From: Promethearchaeota archaeon
Lineage (GTDB): Archaea > Asgardarchaeota > Lokiarchaeia > Sigyniarchaeales > SOKP01
DNA length: 64,000 bases
Assembly (NCBI GenBank): GCA_019058245.1
Contig: JAHPZJ010000019.1
Coordinates: 2,371-66,370 of the forward strand
Direction of reading: 5' to 3'
Shown here piece after piece: positions 60,058 through 64,000 of the stretch. Position numbers and translations under genes: made by a program. The notes beneath the pieces are model-generated. The model was not told the DNA's origin, did no database searches, and saw nothing but the letters and a program-made list of their open reading frames with translations. Every line of letters starts with the position of its first letter. Position 1 is the stretch's first letter.

Positions 60058-61655
60058 CGACTACAAGCCATGAAGTTATCATTGTAGGAGCAGGGATGGC
60101 AGGGTTAACCGCTGCAGCCTATTTATCAAGGGCAGGACATGATGTTCTTTTAATTGAAAAGAACGAGAATTGTGGTGGCCTACTAAATTCAATCCAAAAA
60201 GATGGTTTTGTTTTTGATACTGGTCCGAGGTCAATTGAAAACTCGGGAGCCGTGCGACCCTTGTTAAATGACCTTGGAATTTCACTTGAACTCCTTAAAA
60301 GTCCAGTTTCGATTGGAATTGAGAATGAAATTTTACACTACACGTCAAACGAAAGTATATATGAGTATCAGTCCCTATTAGAAAAGCTGTATCCCGATAA
60401 CAAAGAGGAGATTGCCGCAATTTTCTTGTTAATCGAAAAAATCTTGAAAGACATGGCCATTCTAAACGAGATTGATAATCCGATTTTCAGAGACATGAAA
60501 AACGATATAGGTTATCTTGTTAAGGAACTTCTTCCGTATCTTGGCAAGTTCCTTCTTGTTATTCGCCGGATAAATCGAAGGAAGGATCCGGTTGAAGACA
60601 CACTAAAAAAAATGACTTCAAACCAATCACTTATCAATATTATGACGCAACATTTCTTCAAGAGTACGCCTACTTTTTTTGCCCTAGGATATTTTCATAC
60701 TTACCTTGACTATTTTTATCCGAAGGGGGGTACGGGAAAAATTCCAGAAGGCGTCATGCAAAAAATCATTGACTGGGGAGGATCAATTTTATATGGTACA
60801 GAAATACACGAGATCATTCCTTCTGAAAACAAGTTAACTGATATCGATGGAAACACGTTTAACTATGAAAAACTTATTTGGTGTGCGGATTTGAAATCTT
60901 TATATCGATTTCTTAAATTCCATGATTTAGAGGAAAAAGTTTCTCACAAGATATCAATTCAAAAAGATAAATTACTATCGAATCGAGGCGGAGATTCAGT
61001 CTTTTCTTTATTCCTAGGGATAGATGAACCTCTCGACAAATTTCAATCGATTTCGAACGGTCATTTTTTTTATACTCCATTAAAAAAAGGTTTAGGCGAA
61101 TCAACTTGGACTAAATTAAGAACAATTATTAAGAATTTCGAAAAAACTCCCAAAGAAGCCATTATACATTGGTTGGACGGGTATTGTCAACTGAATACAT
61201 ATGAGATTTCCATTCCAGGGCTTAGAGATCCCACCTTAGCTCCAAAAGGAAAGACTGGATTAATTGTGAGCATTCTCTTTGAATATGATCTCATGAAAAA
61301 AGTCCAAGAGGGAGGATGGTATGAAGAATTCAAAAAAGAAGTCGAAAATCGTATTTTAGAGATTTTATCAAAATCCATATACCCTAAAATCAAGGATAAG
61401 ATTCTCTTTCGTTTCTCCTTAACACCCGTCAGCATTTCAAACAGAGTAGGAAGTTCTGAAGGAGCAATAACTGGTTGGACGTTTGAAAATCCCATCCCTG
61501 TGGTTCAAAATATTCTTAAAATGACTAAATCTGTAAAAACTCCTATTCCAAATATACTCCAAGCTGGTCAATGGGTATATAGTCCTTCTGGAATACCCAT
61601 TGCGATCCTTACAGGATTGGCAGCAGCTAAGAAGATAATGAAAAATAATAAATGA
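60054..61655 (+). CDS. Phytoene desaturase-family FAD oxidoreductase
   Basis: GAGMAGL, GG, FDTGP, YPKGG, DPTLAP.GK, GAITGW, AGQW; ATGA overlap with the SDR. Confidence 0.9.
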   Translation: MTTTSHEVIIVGAGMAGLTAAAYLSRAGHDVLLIEKNENCGGLLNSIQKDGFVFDTGPRSIENSGAVRPLLNDLGISLELLKSPVSIGIENEILHYTSNESIYEYQSLLEKLYPDNKEEIAAIFLLIEKILKDMAILNEIDNPIFRDMKNDIGYLVKELLPYLGKFLLVIRRINRRKDPVEDTLKKMTSNQSLINIMTQHFFKSTPTFFALGYFHTYLDYFYPKGGTGKIPEGVMQKIIDWGGSILYGTEIHEIIPSENKLTDIDGNTFNYEKLIWCADLKSLYRFLKFHDLEEKVSHKISIQKDKLLSNRGGDSVFSLFLGIDEPLDKFQSISNGHFFYTPLKKGLGESTWTKLRTIIKNFEKTPKEAIIHWLDGYCQLNTYEISIPGLRDPTLAPKGKTGLIVSILFEYDLMKKVQEGGWYEEFKKEVENRILEILSKSIYPKIKDKILFRFSLTPVSISNRVGSSEGAITGWTFENPIPVVQNILKMTKSVKTPIPNILQAGQWVYSPSGIPIAILTGLAAAKKIMKNNK

Positions 61656-61687
61656 GGTTTTAACCCAAACTTATAGATAGAGTCTTC

Positions 61688-62692
61688 TTAGAAAATTAGC
61701 AACAATACAATTATACTGATAAGTACTAGGTAAGAAATTAAGACCATTCGATAAATAGGTTTTTTTATATCATCACCTGACATGGCTTTAAATCCTGTTC
61801 TGCTAAGGAAAGACTTTATTTGAAGATCTAAGTCCTTTTGATTTTTAACCGCATACTTTTGCAGATCCTGCTTAATAATGAAGTGCTGACTATAAGGAAA
61901 AATAATAGCGTTTACTGGCTTATTAGGATCAATAATATTACCAAGATACGTGTTTGCTTTGATTGAAACATGTTCTAAAGGTATGTTTATCGCTTCTTTC
62001 ACCATATCTATGTCAAAAATCAGGCTGAAAGGCTCTGAAAAATCACTTTTTATCTCACCACCATAATCGACATTAAGATTTCCTTCAATCCAGAGAGATT
62101 CATCCAATTCCCTTGAATCACCTTTTTCTAAGTCAACCGATACAATGAATTCTTTATTGTTGGTGCGATTCTTAATATCAACCAGTAACTTCCCAAAATA
62201 TGTGGTTGTATACAAGGCTGGATCACAAGTGTATCCACAAAATCCATTCTTTGGGTCATAGCTGTTAGTATTCGTTTCATAATCACAAATGATCCAAGAT
62301 AACAGCCCGGTTTCTTTGTTGCGAGCAATAATATAAAACTCGACTCTCATGCCTATAAATCCCGATGTTCGAGTGCTAAATACGCTTGCAATTGCCAAGG
62401 GAAACTTTGAATCGTTCTTAAAAAGTGAGGTTTCTGCTAGTTCATATCCATTGGGGAGCATCTCTTGTGCTGCTGAAGTATTTGTTATCTTAAAAGAGAT
62501 AAATAAACTATAGGGATCTACTATGAATCCCATATAAGGAACTTTTTTCTTGCCACTCTGTGCAAATTTATGTTGTGTTTTTTTAGGAAGAGATTTACTG
62601 AAACTGCTCAAAAAACTAATGGCAGTTACATCTTGAGGCTTTACAAGAGATTCTATCTTTTTTATAAAATTCCTTTTTTCTTCTTGGTTCAT
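61688..62692 (-). CDS. Hypothetical acetoacetate decarboxylase-like fold protein with a C-terminal TM anchor, paralogue A
   Basis: PYMGF..DPY, A..MLP.GYEL, G.R.EFY..A, SW..D; homologous to the neighbour. Confidence 0.55.
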   Translation of the reverse strand: MNQEEKRNFIKKIESLVKPQDVTAISFLSSFSKSLPKKTQHKFAQSGKKKVPYMGFIVDPYSLFISFKITNTSAAQEMLPNGYELAETSLFKNDSKFPLAIASVFSTRTSGFIGMRVEFYIIARNKETGLLSWIICDYETNTNSYDPKNGFCGYTCDPALYTTTYFGKLLVDIKNRTNNKEFIVSVDLEKGDSRELDESLWIEGNLNVDYGGEIKSDFSEPFSLIFDIDMVKEAINIPLEHVSIKANTYLGNIIDPNKPVNAIIFPYSQHFIIKQDLQKYAVKNQKDLDLQIKSFLSRTGFKAMSGDDIKKPIYRMVLISYLVLISIIVLLLIF

Positions 62693-62718
62693 TTACATAA
62701 TCCTTGTTTTTTTTTAAA

Positions 62719-63723
62719 TTATAGATTAATTATCAATAAAATAATTAGGGAAATAAAGATTATCATAAATAAAGAGATTCCCATTAATAACATTATCTTT
62801 ATACTTCTTGTTGAGAAGGTTTTCATTTCTTTCATATTTGCAATTTTATTATAATTCTCGATCATGTCATTGATATTTTTGATATAGGTACGACAGCCTG
62901 GACTGTCGGCAATATAATGCTGAGCGAAGGGGAAACACAACGCCTTGCATAGTTCCGGCTCGGCTAAATCTGGGAAAAGTGTATTAAACTCTATGTGAAT
63001 ATCCTCAATAGGAATTTCTAAAGCTTTTTCAACTTCAGCAGGATCAAATATTACGGCAAGTGTATCATCTTTATTATCTGAAAATTTTTTACCGTGACCA
63101 ATCGATGTATTTCCTATTACCCAAAGGGGTTGATCAAGGCTGCGGATTTTTCCATTGGTAATATTACCCGTTAAGATTATCTGTCGGTCAGTTGTGTCTT
63201 CTTTAAAATCCAGTAGTATTTCTCCCTTTGAGCTAGTCGTATATATAGCATTTTTACTATTTCTATCTGCAACTCCTACTGAAGGGAGAGCAATTATTGT
63301 ATTGCTCAGAATATCGATAAAAATCCAGGATATAAGACCGGTTTCTTTATCTTCCGCAACGAGATATACTTCTAGCCTAGAACCCCAAAAAGTACTTGCT
63401 CGAGTATTGAAAACTCCCATTCCTAAATAGTGATCTGGTTCTTCATCAGCAAAAATTCTGGTCTTTTTCAACTCATAGCGTTCTGATAATAATTTTTTTG
63501 CTTTTTCGATATTTTTAAGCTTAAAGAATAAAAACATACTATAAGGTTCAATTACAAAACCCATGTAGGGAGTCTTTTTTGAAGTCTTAATTAATAGCTT
63601 TTTAAAAAGGGAGCGAGGCAAAAGCCGTTTGAATGTTTGGAAGAAATACAAAAAGCTAACTTCCTTTGGATCAATTAAGCTTTCCACATTTCTGATAAAT
63701 TTTTCATCATCTATAATTTTCAT
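62719..63723 (-). CDS. Hypothetical acetoacetate decarboxylase-like fold protein with a C-terminal TM anchor, paralogue B
   Basis: PYMGF..EPY, GSRLEVY, SW..D, W..GN, FP..QH shared with paralogue A; both 334 aa. Confidence 0.55.
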   Translation of the reverse strand: MKIIDDEKFIRNVESLIDPKEVSFLYFFQTFKRLLPRSLFKKLLIKTSKKTPYMGFVIEPYSMFLFFKLKNIEKAKKLLSERYELKKTRIFADEEPDHYLGMGVFNTRASTFWGSRLEVYLVAEDKETGLISWIFIDILSNTIIALPSVGVADRNSKNAIYTTSSKGEILLDFKEDTTDRQIILTGNITNGKIRSLDQPLWVIGNTSIGHGKKFSDNKDDTLAVIFDPAEVEKALEIPIEDIHIEFNTLFPDLAEPELCKALCFPFAQHYIADSPGCRTYIKNINDMIENYNKIANMKEMKTFSTRSIKIMLLMGISLFMIIFISLIILLIINL

Positions 63724-63933
63724 ATTTTATAAAACCTTCAAAAAAAAAAATAATTCCCTATATTAAAGTATTTATCAAATTTTATATTAATGATAATAAT
63801 TATTGATGGAGGAAGAAAAATATTATTTTAATAAACTCAATTTTTTCACTTAATTTGTGAAATCAGAAACAGAATTTACTTTTTTAATCCTAATCCATTT
63901 GAGATTAAGAAAAAATTTGAAAAAATCGAAATT

Positions 63934-64000
63934 TTAGTATCTTGATCTTTCTCTACCTATTGTAGAATGACCACCATGCCCTGGATATATTTTAAACTCA
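63934..64000 (-). CDS. 3' end of an MBL-fold metallo-hydrolase (glyoxalase II-like), partial
   Basis: The minus strand reads EFKIYPGHGGHSTIGRERSRY-stop; YPGHG..TIG.E is the typical MBL C-terminal motif. Confidence 0.75.
   Translation of the reverse strand, partial: EFKIYPGHGGHSTIGRERSRY

Noticed and set aside
1-64000. CRISPR array, rRNA, transposase, integrase or provirus
   Set aside because: No repeat-spacer periodicity, no long GC-rich structured RNA, and no recombinase or capsid motifs were seen.

Overview
Very AT-rich archaeal chromosome segment whose gene content points to Lokiarchaeia (Asgard archaea): Rab-like small GTPase, profilin-like protein, JAMM/MPN protein, gatDE, aIF5A, TFB. 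This assignment is inferred from gene content only. Most of the window is core housekeeping: gatE-gatD, uL2, proteasome alpha/SBDS/exosome/eL43/Pcc1/prefoldin superoperon, ECF module, Cgi121, THUMP, Sua5, a 4-subunit 2-oxoacid:ferredoxin oxidoreductase operon, ZPR1, PFK, HerA, Cdc48, FEN1, Nob1, NAD kinase, aIF5A. There are four tRNAs. Highlights: (1) two tandem paralogues with a ribbon-helix-helix + HisKA/DHp + receiver architecture and no kinase ATP-binding domain, divergently transcribed from a non-canonical TFB, with a repeated motif between them: a candidate phosphorelay-controlled transcription module; (2) a tRNA-Val(UAC) with three introns, and four non-canonical tRNA introns that are all exactly 30 nt with the same 1+23+4+2 layout; (3) several genes, including aIF5A, that appear to need ATT/ATC/ATA start codons placed at normal Shine-Dalgarno spacing; (4) a ~1.1 kb insertion carrying an RlmB/TrmH-type methyltransferase, flanked by a diverged duplication of the tfb 3' end; (5) an AbiEii/MenT-like nucleotidyltransferase, a tandem cobalamin-binding radical SAM pair, an ArsR regulon with visible operators, and a probable horizontally acquired lipid-modification island near the right end. 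No CRISPR array, rRNA, transposase or integrase was seen.
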